Assembly (NCBI GenBank): GCA_034530875.2
Contig: JAVRCJ020000025.1
Location: forward strand, 49,824-113,823
Reading direction: 5' to 3'
DNA length: 64,000 nt
DNA from: Nostoc sp. DedSLP01
GTDB lineage: Bacteria > Cyanobacteriota > Cyanobacteriia > Cyanobacteriales > Nostocaceae
A program made the translations under genes and the position numbers. Under the pieces are notes generated by a model that saw only the letters and a program-made list of their open reading frames with translations, was not told the DNA's origin and searched no databases. Each line of letters begins with the position of its first letter. Position 1 is the first letter of the stretch. Shown here piece by piece: positions 49,032 to 58,776 of this stretch.

Positions 49032-49215
49032 AAGACTACAAGAATTGTATTTTATTGCTTAACGAAACTCATCCTCAACTCAATAAGGCTGGTTCTCTAC
49101 TCCGTAATGAGAGTAAATAAATTCAAAAATCCAACCAAATCACTATAATATTAGCGAAAATCACCCAGTCAGGTGAGTCAAATGGGTGAAGATTGACACA
49201 AATAAATCTCATATC

Positions 49216-49260
49216 TTGAGGCTATAAATGGTTAATTACGACGCCAATTTATAGCCTCAA
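49216..49260. promoter_or_regulatory. Perfect 14-bp inverted repeat just upstream of the methyltransferase RBS
   Basis: TTGAGGCTATAAAT (49216-49229) / ATTTATAGCCTCAA (49247-49260). Confidence 0.5.
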
Positions 49261-49277
49261 AAATTAGGGAGTGGATA

Positions 49278-49934
49278 ATGAGTGTCAACTATCTTTGTGG
49301 AGAATTAACAAATCAAATTTATACCAAATTAGGTAGAAATTTTTTGGCATTGATGACGGCTCAAGGTCATGGAGCTTACCATCGCGTTATGAGCGATCGC
49401 AAACGCTCTCTTTTTGCCAATCTCCAAGGTAAAGTATTAGAAATTAGCCCGCGAAATGGTTCTAACTTCCCTTACTATCCTCAAAATATCCACTTAATCG
49501 CGATCGAGCCAGATTTACAGATGCATTCCTCGCTCCAAAAACAAGCAAAAAAACTCGGTTTAAACATCGACCTCCGCATTGGTAATGCCGAATGGCTAGA
49601 TGCTGAGGATAACAGCATAGATACTGTTGTGACGACCTTAGTTTTATCCTCAGTACCAAATATTAACTATACATTACAGGCAATTTTAAGAGTACTAAAA
49701 CCAGGTGGAAGTTTATTATTTATCGAACACATCGCCGCACCTCAAGGAAGTTTGTTGCGAAAATTTCAAAAGAAAATTAGCCCAATTTGGAAAAATTTAG
49801 CAGATAATTGCCATCCAGATATAAAAATTGATATTGCCTTAAAAGAAGCTGGTTTTAGCAATGTCAATTATGATTATTTTGAAGTAGGGTTACCGATTAT
49901 CAGTTCACATATTATCGGCGTAGCAACAAAGTGA
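49278..49934 (+). CDS. Class I SAM-dependent methyltransferase (METTL7-like) with a degenerate motif I
   Basis: VLEISPRNG (motif I altered), IEP, AEWL...DNSIDTVV.TLVL.SV, RVLKPGG..LFIEH. Confidence 0.8.
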   Translation: MSVNYLCGELTNQIYTKLGRNFLALMTAQGHGAYHRVMSDRKRSLFANLQGKVLEISPRNGSNFPYYPQNIHLIAIEPDLQMHSSLQKQAKKLGLNIDLRIGNAEWLDAEDNSIDTVVTTLVLSSVPNINYTLQAILRVLKPGGSLLFIEHIAAPQGSLLRKFQKKISPIWKNLADNCHPDIKIDIALKEAGFSNVNYDYFEVGLPIISSHIIGVATK

Positions 49935-50089
49935 ATTAACTTTTTTTAGATTAATTAATATTCTTTTTATACAAAAAAATGTAACCGATATTTGTCAACA
50001 AACCAGAATCAAATTCCTACTGAATTCTGAATTCTTCAGAAACGAATTGATTTTGTTAAAATTAATATGATAATTTTGCAAGTGAAGCA

Positions 50090-50449
50090 ATGAATTCAAA
50101 CGTAATCGGTGGAAATCTAGAAGCTTGCTGCACTTCTCCCATGACTGGGTTCTACCGCGACGGCTTTTGTCGCACAGGTGGTAACGATTTCGGGTCGCAC
50201 GTTATATGTGCCGAAGTAACACAAGAATTTCTTGAGTTCACCAAATCCCGCGGAAACGACCTGAGTACACCCGTTCCTGAATATAATTTTCCTGGACTAA
50301 AGCCTGGCGATCGCTGGTGTTTGTGTGCTTCTCGCTGGCAAGAAGCCCTCGATGCTGGCGTTGCTCCTCCAGTAATCCTCTCAGCAACCCATCCTAGAGC
50401 TTTGGAAGTAGTTTCCTTCGACGATCTCAAAAAACATGCACTTTCTTAA
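50090..50449 (+). CDS. DUF2237 family protein
   Basis: NV.GG.LE.C...PMTGFYRDG.C, GNDLSTP.P...FPGLKPGDRWCLCA.RW. Confidence 0.93.
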   Translation: MNSNVIGGNLEACCTSPMTGFYRDGFCRTGGNDFGSHVICAEVTQEFLEFTKSRGNDLSTPVPEYNFPGLKPGDRWCLCASRWQEALDAGVAPPVILSATHPRALEVVSFDDLKKHALS

Positions 50450-50451
50450 TT

Positions 50452-50580
50452 GAGTATTGGGTATGGGGCATGGGGCATTGGGCATTGGGCATGGGAGGAG
50501 AAGGAGGTGTGGGAAGTTCAGGGGGCATAAATTCTCTTTCTCCCCACACTCCCCACACCTCCCCATCTCCCAGTCCCCAC
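50452..50580. repeat. STRR inverted pair between convergent genes
   Basis: gggcat(t) repeats then ccccaca/ccccatct repeats. Confidence 0.8.
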
Positions 50581-52688
50581 TAACTCACCGGAACTTCGAC
50601 AGGTAGTTTCAATACATTAATAACCACATTAATTAATTTAGTGGGGTCAATTGGCTTGCCTAAATGTTGCTGAAATCCGGCTGCAAGTGCTTGTAAGCGG
50701 TCTTCTTCTCGCGTGTATGCAGTTAAAGCGATCGCCGGAATGCGCCCACCTTTTTCTGGTTCTAAAGAACGGAGTTTACGAATCAGCGTATAACCATCTT
50801 GTTCTGACATGCCGATGTCGCTAATCACAATATCTGGTTGTGCTTTTTCTAATGCTGCTAGCGCTTCATCTGCTGATGCCACCGCAGTGGTAACTGCCCC
50901 ATAGTCCTCGAACATAAAACTCAGAAAGTTACGGGTATCGGCTTCATCATCTACAACTAAAACTTTTAATCCATTAAGAGGAGCAGAACCTCCAGAGGAG
51001 GAAATTTTCCCTGCTACATCTCTACTGGCTTTGTTACCCCTGTTGTCTTGTAATAATGGCAGCCTCACAGTAAAGGTTGCCCCTTGTTCTGCGCCTGCAC
51101 TTTCGGCTGAGATGGTGCCTTTGTGCAGTTCCACTAAGTGACGGACAATCGCCAGTCCTAGTCCTAGTCCATTGTGCGATCGTGTTGTGGTGCTGTCTGC
51201 TTGCCGGAAACGCTCGAATACTTTCGGTAAAAATTCTGCACTGATACCAATGCCAGTATCAATTACTTGAATTTGGGCATATTGGAATTTGGGATTGCTG
51301 CTTTCATCAGTGTTTGCATGGTATAAATCTTTGTTCTCAGATGCCGATCCCAAATCGTTAATTGAAAATCCAAAATAGGTGGACAGTTTAACATCTACTC
51401 TGCCGCCTTTAGGTGTAAATTTGATGGCGTTTGTCAGCAGATTCCAAACAATTTGCTGCAAACGGGCGGGATCGCCATACACTGACCCGATTGAAGTATC
51501 CAAAGCGGTATTTAATTGAATTTCTTTGGCCTCTGCCAAGGGACGTACTGCTTCTAAAGCTGCCTCCATGACTGAGATCAGATTCACAGCACATATATTT
51601 AATCGCAACTGTCCGCGGATAATCCGCGATACATCCAAAATGTCCTCAATTAATTGCATTTGAGATGTTGCGTTGCGTTCGATCGCTTCTAAAGCGCGGG
51701 AAGTCGATTTCTCGTCGAGTTTCTTAGAGCGCAGGATTTTTGACCACCCAAGCATCGAAGTTAGGGGCGTGCGCAATTCGTGGGAGAGAACGGCTAGAAA
51801 TTCATCTTTCATGCGATTTGCTGCTTCTGCTTCCTGCCTTGCTGTCTGTTCTCGAATTACTTGAGCGCGGACTTCTTCTGCTTGTTTGCGTTCGGTAATA
51901 TCTTCCAGGGTGCCTACATACCCCAGTAATTCCCCTTGACCGGAAAGCATTGGCGACGAGCGAACTTGAACCCAACGCACATTACCATGAAGTGTTTGAA
52001 AGCGAAACTCTTCGGAGTAGTCGCGACCGTCATTAATGTAAGCAGACCAACTAGTAACTGCTCGTTGTCTATCTTCAGGATGAACAGATTCCAGCCATTT
52101 CTTTTCTATACTTTCTGCCGGCTTTACACCACAAATTGTCTGATAGCGGGGATTTGTATATCTACAGCGTCCTTCTGTATCAATTTCAAAAATGCCAACG
52201 GGCGAGCAGGTACTCAAAGAACGAAATCTCTCTTCACTTTGCCTGAGTTCGGCATTAACGGCTACTAGTTGCGCTGCTTGTTGTTTGACAGCTTCTGTTT
52301 TTTTAAATAATTCTACAAATACCGTGACTTTAGAGGTTAATATATTCGGATCTATTGGTTTTAGTAAATAATCCACTGCACCCAAGGCATAGCCTTTAAA
52401 CAGCATTTGATCGCTGGTGCTAAAGGCAGTCAGAAAGATAATTGGCGTGTGACGCGAACGGCCGCGATTGCGAATCAAAGTTGCAGTTTCAAAGCCATCC
52501 ATCCCTGGCATTTGCACATCCAGCAAAATCACTGCAAAGTCCTGATGCAGCAGACACCTTAAAGCTTCTTCCCCAGAAGTAGCTCTCACCAGATTCTCAC
52601 CTAGTTTTTCTAGGATTGCCTCCAGTGCGAGTAAATTTTCGAGCTTATCATCTACCAGGAGGATGTTTACTTTAGGTTCCATCTGCAT
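50580..52688 (-). CDS. Hybrid sensor histidine kinase (REC-PAS-HisKA-HATPase-REC)
   Basis: ILLVDD...LLDVQMP; PAS VHPED; LSHELRTPL; NLLTNAIKFT; DTGIG; GLGLGL; VLVVDD...SDIGM. Confidence 0.95.
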   Translation of the reverse strand: MQMEPKVNILLVDDKLENLLALEAILEKLGENLVRATSGEEALRCLLHQDFAVILLDVQMPGMDGFETATLIRNRGRSRHTPIIFLTAFSTSDQMLFKGYALGAVDYLLKPIDPNILTSKVTVFVELFKKTEAVKQQAAQLVAVNAELRQSEERFRSLSTCSPVGIFEIDTEGRCRYTNPRYQTICGVKPAESIEKKWLESVHPEDRQRAVTSWSAYINDGRDYSEEFRFQTLHGNVRWVQVRSSPMLSGQGELLGYVGTLEDITERKQAEEVRAQVIREQTARQEAEAANRMKDEFLAVLSHELRTPLTSMLGWSKILRSKKLDEKSTSRALEAIERNATSQMQLIEDILDVSRIIRGQLRLNICAVNLISVMEAALEAVRPLAEAKEIQLNTALDTSIGSVYGDPARLQQIVWNLLTNAIKFTPKGGRVDVKLSTYFGFSINDLGSASENKDLYHANTDESSNPKFQYAQIQVIDTGIGISAEFLPKVFERFRQADSTTTRSHNGLGLGLAIVRHLVELHKGTISAESAGAEQGATFTVRLPLLQDNRGNKASRDVAGKISSSGGSAPLNGLKVLVVDDEADTRNFLSFMFEDYGAVTTAVASADEALAALEKAQPDIVISDIGMSEQDGYTLIRKLRSLEPEKGGRIPAIALTAYTREEDRLQALAAGFQQHLGKPIDPTKLINVVINVLKLPVEVPVS

Positions 52689-52692
52689 GGGT

Positions 52693-53280
52693 TCATTTCC
52701 GTGATAAGTAACAAAGCTTGACCATTTGGCCAGCTATGTCTGAGAGTTTCAAAATCCAGTCTACTGCAACAGCAGAAATTGCTGCCTCTGGCATAATAGA
52801 GCTCTCAGCGGTGGCAGGTTCCTGTACAATAGTTATGCCTCCCCGCGCTTTTACTTTTTTTAAACCCTGCATACCATCGTGGTTGGCTCCTGTCAATATT
52901 ATACCGATAACTTGTTCGCCATAAATATCCGCTGCCGACTCAAACAACACATCGATTGATGGTCGGGCGTATGAAACAGGCTCATCAGTCGAAAGAGCAA
53001 AATAACCTGGTTCAACGAGCAAGTGATAATCTGGAGGAGCTAGGTAGATATGTCCTGGTAGGATTTCGTCTTTGTCTTCTACTTCTTTAATCGGCAAGGA
53101 AATTGATTCTTGTAGTAATTGCTGGAGTAAATTGTGCGACTCTTTGTGACGGTGTTGCACGATCGCGATCGGTACTGGAAAATCCGCAGGCAACTTTTCG
53201 AGAATGGTTTTTAGTGCTGATAATCCACCTAAAGAAGTACCAATCGCGACAATTTTAAAAGAGACTGATTTAGCCATCAT
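52693..53280 (-). CDS. cheB: Stand-alone CheB-type methylesterase (no receiver domain)
   Basis: IGTSLGG (Ser), VQH (His), APPDYHL, RPSIDVLF, LTGANHDG (Asp), MP.AA; the ORF-track extension to 53385 is STRR-derived. Confidence 0.9.
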   Translation of the reverse strand: MMAKSVSFKIVAIGTSLGGLSALKTILEKLPADFPVPIAIVQHRHKESHNLLQQLLQESISLPIKEVEDKDEILPGHIYLAPPDYHLLVEPGYFALSTDEPVSYARPSIDVLFESAADIYGEQVIGIILTGANHDGMQGLKKVKARGGITIVQEPATAESSIMPEAAISAVAVDWILKLSDIAGQMVKLCYLSRK

Positions 53281-53440
53281 ACCTGCCAAATGCGATCGTA
53301 AGGTATTGTGCATGGGAAGAGGATAGGGAGCAAAGGGCAGAGATTTCCTGCAAATTCTCCTTTGCCCCTGTGCCCCATTCTCCATCTCCCCATCTTTCCA
53401 ATTCCTATTTTTCCCATAATTACTGAAGATTATATATTTT

Positions 53441-53489
53441 TGTGATTTGCTTTACAAATAAATATTTTATAAATGTGAAATAGTTTACA
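53441..53489. promoter_or_regulatory. Two tandem TGTGA-N6-TTACA sites (NtcA/CRP-like), 33 bp apart
   Basis: TGTGATTTGCTTTACA (53441-53456) and TGTGAAATAGTTTACA (53474-53489); TATAAT on the minus strand at 53434-53429. Confidence 0.55.
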
Positions 53490-54070
53490 TAAACGAATTA
53501 ACTTTCTGTTTAATAATATTTTAATTATGCTAATTTAGCTACATCAAAAAAAGTTTTTTCTGCTAAATAAAGATTTTTTTAAAGATTTAACTTTTATCTT
53601 TTGACAATTCATAAAAATTTACTTAAGCTAAAAGATAGGTTAAGCAAATCAACAAACAACAGCGGTGTTAGTTAGCTACATTCACAATTGCTGTTGCAGA
53701 CTATCGGCACGAGTAAAGGAATCTCCAGCAAAAATATTGTCTGTAGGTAAAATCACCAAATTTGACTACAAAAAGCAAAAACGCAATCGAACATATCGCA
53801 CCGCACAAATATTAATCAGCGAACAGTTATTAAGGTTTTAAGGGGTAATCATAAAGTAAGAATTCAGAATTCAGAATTCAGAATTAATAAGGCTTGGATA
53901 ACTAAGCTACATAATTTGAAGAAAATCAAGGAGGTATACAACCATTGATTTTCCAATCATTCTGAACGGCAATTGCTCATCGGGAAACCCCCAAAACTGC
54001 ACTGCCTACTTCTGACTCCTGAATTGGTGAATTCTGCCCCGATCGCGGTAAATATGTCGAGGAGAACACA

Positions 54071-54571
54071 ATGTTTGAGTATTTTACATCTTTGAATGAC
54101 CACAATTTGCCGTATCCAGATACGATTCATCCCATCGTTGTCCACTTTGTAATTGCGATGGTGTTGTTTTCCTTTTTCTGCGATGTAATTGGCTATTTCA
54201 CTGGTAAAACTCGCCTGTTTGAAGTGAGTTGGTGGAATATGTTTGTCGCCACGATCGCCATTTTCGTTGCCATCATTTTCGGTCAGTTTGAAGCCGGTTT
54301 AGCACAACCTTACAGCCTAGCTAAATCAGTACTGAATTTGCATACATTAATTGGTTGGTCGCTTTCGGGCATCATCGCTGCAATTACAGCTTGGCGCTAT
54401 GTAATTCGTAGCCGTAACCCTCAAAAAGTACCGATTTATTATCTGGGAGCCGGACTAGTTTTAACTTTAATAGTTGGCTTGCAGGTATATCTGGGCGATC
54501 GACTTGTTTGGGTATATGGACTGCATACAGTACCAGTTGTGGAAGCCCTAAAGGATGGTTTATTACCATGA
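54071..54571 (+). CDS. DUF2231 family membrane protein (first gene of the cox3/ARTO operon)
   Basis: HPIVVHF motif, 4 TM helices, LH..IG, LGDRLV; GAGGAG RBS. Confidence 0.85.
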   Translation: MFEYFTSLNDHNLPYPDTIHPIVVHFVIAMVLFSFFCDVIGYFTGKTRLFEVSWWNMFVATIAIFVAIIFGQFEAGLAQPYSLAKSVLNLHTLIGWSLSGIIAAITAWRYVIRSRNPQKVPIYYLGAGLVLTLIVGLQVYLGDRLVWVYGLHTVPVVEALKDGLLP

Positions 54572-55185
54572 ACTCAGAACTGATTGACCAATTGAACGGA
54601 CAACTAGGCGCAAACGGACTGCCTTACACGATTCCCATTCATCCGAACTTAGTCCATCTGACACTGGGTTTATTCATCATCGGTATCACCTTTGATATCG
54701 TTGGTGTTTTGTTCCCCTTCCAAAAATGGGTCTTCAAATTTTTAGGAATTACCGTCGAACGTGACAACTTCTTTGAAGTTGGCTGGTACAACATGTTCGC
54801 TTCCAGCATCATTACATTTTTCACGGTAGGAGCAGGTTTTTACGAAATGCTGTTGGCAACACCACCAGCTAATGTCAAAAGTGCCTGGGGATTGCAGGCA
54901 ATGGAAACCATGATTTGGCATGGTGTGGGTGGTGTGTTCTTATTAGCAGTAATTGTTGTCATGACCATCTGGAGAGGATGGCAGCGCTTCGTTTGGAGCA
55001 AAGAAGAATATAGACAGACAGACAGACAAGTGCAATGGAGTTATTTGTTTGCAGGCGTAGCCGTCATGTTTGTGATGTACCTCCACGGCACCCTGGGAGC
55101 GCAATTGGCTGCCGAGTTCGGCGTACACAACACAGCAGATAGACTACTGCAACTAGGCCAAGACCTCAACAAAACACTCAAATAA
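54568..55185 (+). CDS. Second DUF2231 family membrane protein (ATGA overlap with the previous gene)
   Basis: HPNLVHL, WHGVGG, HGTLGAQLAAEFGVH. Confidence 0.85.
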   Translation: MNSELIDQLNGQLGANGLPYTIPIHPNLVHLTLGLFIIGITFDIVGVLFPFQKWVFKFLGITVERDNFFEVGWYNMFASSIITFFTVGAGFYEMLLATPPANVKSAWGLQAMETMIWHGVGGVFLLAVIVVMTIWRGWQRFVWSKEEYRQTDRQVQWSYLFAGVAVMFVMYLHGTLGAQLAAEFGVHNTADRLLQLGQDLNKTLK

Positions 55186-55275
55186 GTTATTAGTCATTAG
55201 TCATTGGTCATTAGTCATTAGTAAATAACCAATGCCCAATGCCCAATGCCCCATGCCCAACATCCAATATTGACC

Positions 55276-56202
55276 ATGAAAATCCAGAAGATTTTAAATA
55301 TTTTGACGCTGCTTACAGGCGCGATCGCAATCACCGCTACAAGTCTGTGGATCGGCAAACAAGCTTACTCTTGGCTGCCTCCACAAGCAGCAGCCGAATC
55401 CCAACTAATTGATAATTTGATTAGTTTCTTAGTAACCCTTGGTAGCTTCATCTTTTTGGGGGTAACGAGTACTTTGATGTATTCTGTAATCTTCCATCGC
55501 GCAGTTAAAGATGACTTTACTGACGGCCCCGCCATTGAAGGTAATATCACCTTAGAAGTTGTCTGGACAGCAATTCCAATTTTGTTGGTGTTTTGGATTG
55601 CAGGTTACAGCTACCAAGTCTACGAACAAATGGGAATTCAAGGCCCATCCCAACTAGTTCACCTGCATAATCCCTTGGGAATGGAATCAGCTTATGCAGC
55701 ACCGAAAGATTCACCAGATACAGCTTTAGCTGAACCAGTAGAAAAAATTGACGTACTAGCCAAACAATGGGCTTGGGTCTTCCATTACCCAGAGAGAGAT
55801 GTTACTAGTAGTGAATTGCATTTACCGAGCGATCGCCGCGTGCGTTTAGCACTAAACTCAGAAGATGTTCTGCACGGGTTTTACATTCCTGCATTTCGCC
55901 TCAAGCAGGATATTATTCCCAAACATGCGATCGACTTTGAATTTACTCCCATCCGTCCCGGCCAATATCGATTAACCGATTCCCAATACAGCGGTACATA
56001 TTTTGCAACCATGCAAGCCAATGTGGTTGTCGAATCTCCTGAAGAATACCACCAATGGCTGGCTCAAGCTGCAACTCAAAAGCCATCCCCAGCCAAAAAC
56101 CAAGCAGCTTCTGAGTATGCTCAAACATCCAATCAATCAGTCCAAACTGGTTGGGCTACAGTGCCTCCCGCCGCACCTCCTCTAGTCAATTCCCCTGGTT
56201 GA
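55276..56202 (+). CDS. coxB: Heme-copper oxidase subunit II, ARTO/Cox3 type (CuA ligands missing)
   Basis: LEVVWTAIP, QWAWVFHY, DVLHGFYIP; CxExCGxxHxxM is replaced by DSQYSGTYFATM. Confidence 0.92.
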   Translation: MKIQKILNILTLLTGAIAITATSLWIGKQAYSWLPPQAAAESQLIDNLISFLVTLGSFIFLGVTSTLMYSVIFHRAVKDDFTDGPAIEGNITLEVVWTAIPILLVFWIAGYSYQVYEQMGIQGPSQLVHLHNPLGMESAYAAPKDSPDTALAEPVEKIDVLAKQWAWVFHYPERDVTSSELHLPSDRRVRLALNSEDVLHGFYIPAFRLKQDIIPKHAIDFEFTPIRPGQYRLTDSQYSGTYFATMQANVVVESPEEYHQWLAQAATQKPSPAKNQAASEYAQTSNQSVQTGWATVPPAAPPLVNSPG

Positions 56203-56288
56203 AAAACGCCCCCTACAAACCAAACAAACATTTCCTTCCCCATCTCCCCACTCCCCACACCCTGAATTTATTAACAGGAAACTAATTC

Positions 56289-57950
56289 ATGACTAATGTT
56301 CCTATTGATGGCATTAGTATCGTTGGTGAAAGTTCTCACCATGAATCTCCAGGCGACTGGAAACGATACTTCAGCTTTAGCACCGACCATAAAGTTATTG
56401 GTATTCAGTATCTCGTTACCTCATTTATCTTCTTTCTCGTCGGCGGCATCTTTGCAATGGTGCTTCGAGGAGAATTGATGACACCCGAATCAGATTTAAT
56501 CGATCGCACAGTCTACAATGGCATGTTTACCATGCACGGCACCGTGATGCTGTTTTTGTGGACATTTCCCTCACTCGTTGGTTTTGCCAACTATCTAGTG
56601 CCCTTGATGATTGGGGCGCGAGATATGGCATTTCCCCGCCTCAATGCCGTTGCCTTTTGGATGGTGCCAGTAGTCGGGATTCTCTTGATGAGCAGTTTCT
56701 TTATTCCTGGCGGCCCAGCCCAAGCAGGCTGGTGGGCTTATCCCCCAGTCAGTCTCCAAAATCCCACCGGAAATTTAATCAACGGTCAAGTTCTCTGGTT
56801 GCTAGCGGTGGCGGTATCTGGCGTGTCTTCGATTATGGGGGCAGTGAACTTTGTCACCACAATTGTGAAGATGCGGGCACCAGGCATGGGCTTCTTCCGG
56901 ATGCCTTTGTTCGTCTGGGCAGTATTTAGCGCCCAAATCATCCAGCTATTTGGATTACCTGCACTCACAGCAGGCGCAGTCATGCTGCTACTCGACCTCA
57001 CCGCAGGTACCGCCTTTTTCGACCCTGCCAGAGGTGGAAATCCAGTCATGTTCCAGCATTACTTCTGGTTCTACTCCCACCCCGCCGTTTACGTGATAAT
57101 TTTGCCCATCTTCGGGATTTTTTCAGAAATCTTCCCAGTTTATTCGCGTAAACCTCTATTTGGTTACAAAGTAGTTGCTGTTTCATCCATCTTGATTGCT
57201 GTAGTCAGCGGTATTGTTTGGGTACACCATATGTACGTCAGCGGTACGCCAGGTTGGATGCGCTTAATTTTCATGCTGACAACGATGTTTGTGTCCGTCC
57301 CTACAGGAATTAAAGTCTTTGCTTGGGTGGCAACAATTTGGGGTGGAAAATTGCGGTTGAAAACCCCAATGCTGTTTGCCCTGGGCGGACTAGTGATGTT
57401 TGTCTTCGCCGGCATTACAGGAATTATGCTTTCCTCCGTGCCAGTGGATGTCCACGTTAATAATACCTACTTTGTAGTCGGACACTTCCACTACGTCCTC
57501 TACGGCACCGTGACAATGGGCTTGTACGCTGCCATTTACCACTGGTTCCCCAAAATGACAGGTCGGATGTACCACGAAGGCTGGGGCAAAGTACACTTCT
57601 GGTTAACTTTCATTGGCACTAACCTCAACTTTTTCCCTATGCATCCCTTAGGATTGCAAGGAATGTTACGCCGAGTCGCTTCTTATGCCCCAGAGTACAC
57701 ATCCTGGAATATTATCGCTAGCGTTGGTGCATTCCTGCTAGGAGTATCCACCTTGCCCTTCATTTTCAACATGGTAATTTCTTGGATGCAAGGCGAGAAA
57801 GCACCCGATAACCCTTGGCGAGCAATTGGACTAGAGTGGTTAGTTTCTTCACCACCCTCCGTCGAAAACTTTGAAGAAATTCCCATCATCGTCTCCGAAC
57901 CCTACGGCTACGGCAAATCCGAACCCTTAACAGCCAACCTCCCCGAATAA
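56289..57950 (+). CDS. coxA: Heme-copper oxidase subunit I
   Basis: STDHK, TMHG, WFYSHPAVY, WVHHM, PTGIKV, HFHY, GMLRR. Confidence 0.97.
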   Translation: MTNVPIDGISIVGESSHHESPGDWKRYFSFSTDHKVIGIQYLVTSFIFFLVGGIFAMVLRGELMTPESDLIDRTVYNGMFTMHGTVMLFLWTFPSLVGFANYLVPLMIGARDMAFPRLNAVAFWMVPVVGILLMSSFFIPGGPAQAGWWAYPPVSLQNPTGNLINGQVLWLLAVAVSGVSSIMGAVNFVTTIVKMRAPGMGFFRMPLFVWAVFSAQIIQLFGLPALTAGAVMLLLDLTAGTAFFDPARGGNPVMFQHYFWFYSHPAVYVIILPIFGIFSEIFPVYSRKPLFGYKVVAVSSILIAVVSGIVWVHHMYVSGTPGWMRLIFMLTTMFVSVPTGIKVFAWVATIWGGKLRLKTPMLFALGGLVMFVFAGITGIMLSSVPVDVHVNNTYFVVGHFHYVLYGTVTMGLYAAIYHWFPKMTGRMYHEGWGKVHFWLTFIGTNLNFFPMHPLGLQGMLRRVASYAPEYTSWNIIASVGAFLLGVSTLPFIFNMVISWMQGEKAPDNPWRAIGLEWLVSSPPSVENFEEIPIIVSEPYGYGKSEPLTANLPE

Positions 57951-58080
57951 CGCCAGGGAAGACGCAGAAACCCTCCGCGTACCACCGAAGTTCAGATGCC
58001 TGCGGCGGGCTGTGCCAACGGCGGAAGCCGCCGCTCAGACTTCTCTCTGCGTTTCCCTGCGCGTTCCTTTGCGTTTCAAA
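57950..58080. repeat. Composite/nested small dispersed repeats between coxA and coxC
   Basis: GC-rich island with CAGGGAAGACGCAGA...TCTGCGTTTCCCTG outer arms and an inner GGCGGAAGCCGCC hairpin. Confidence 0.6.
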
Positions 58081-58108
58081 CTCACCCCTCAAAAAGCCAA
58101 CTTCACCA

Positions 58109-58711
58109 ATGGACAGCTATATCAATTCCCACGAATTACACCACACAGAGGTAGAACATAGCCACGATGAAGAAGGCAACAAAATGTTTGGCTTCATTGT
58201 CTTCCTACTTTCTGAAAGCGTAATTTTCCTCAGTTTTTTCGCTGGATATATCATCTACAAAACAACAACTCCTAACTGGCTACCTGCTGGTGTTTCTGGA
58301 CTAGAAGTAAAAGAACCGGCAATCAACACAGTCGTTCTTGTTACTAGTAGCTTTGTCATTTACTTAGCAGAACGCGCCCTGCAACGCCATGATTTAATGA
58401 AATTTCGCCTGTTTCTTGTAGCAACAATGGCGATGGGAACTTACTTTTTAATTGGACAGGCGATTGAATGGAATAGCCTGGCCTTTGGTTTCACTTCAGG
58501 AGTATTTGGCGGCACATTCTATTTGCTCACAGGTTTCCACGGTTTGCACGTTTTGACTGGTATTGTGTTGCAGTTGATTATTTTAATACGCTCTTTCATT
58601 CCTGGTAATTATGACACAGGTCACTTTGGTGTGAATGCAACTTCATTGTTTTGGCATTTCGTCGATGTTATCTGGATTGTTTTGTTTATCCTCATTTACG
58701 TCTGGCAGTAA
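58109..58711 (+). CDS. coxC: Heme-copper oxidase subunit III
   Basis: FLLSE, NTVVLVTSS, TGFHGLHV, FWHFVDVIW. Confidence 0.96.
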   Translation: MDSYINSHELHHTEVEHSHDEEGNKMFGFIVFLLSESVIFLSFFAGYIIYKTTTPNWLPAGVSGLEVKEPAINTVVLVTSSFVIYLAERALQRHDLMKFRLFLVATMAMGTYFLIGQAIEWNSLAFGFTSGVFGGTFYLLTGFHGLHVLTGIVLQLIILIRSFIPGNYDTGHFGVNATSLFWHFVDVIWIVLFILIYVWQ

Positions 58712-58776
58712 ATATTGATGAGAATATCTTGTGTGTAAATCCTATAATAGTCCTATTCTTAGGAATTTCAATTTAT

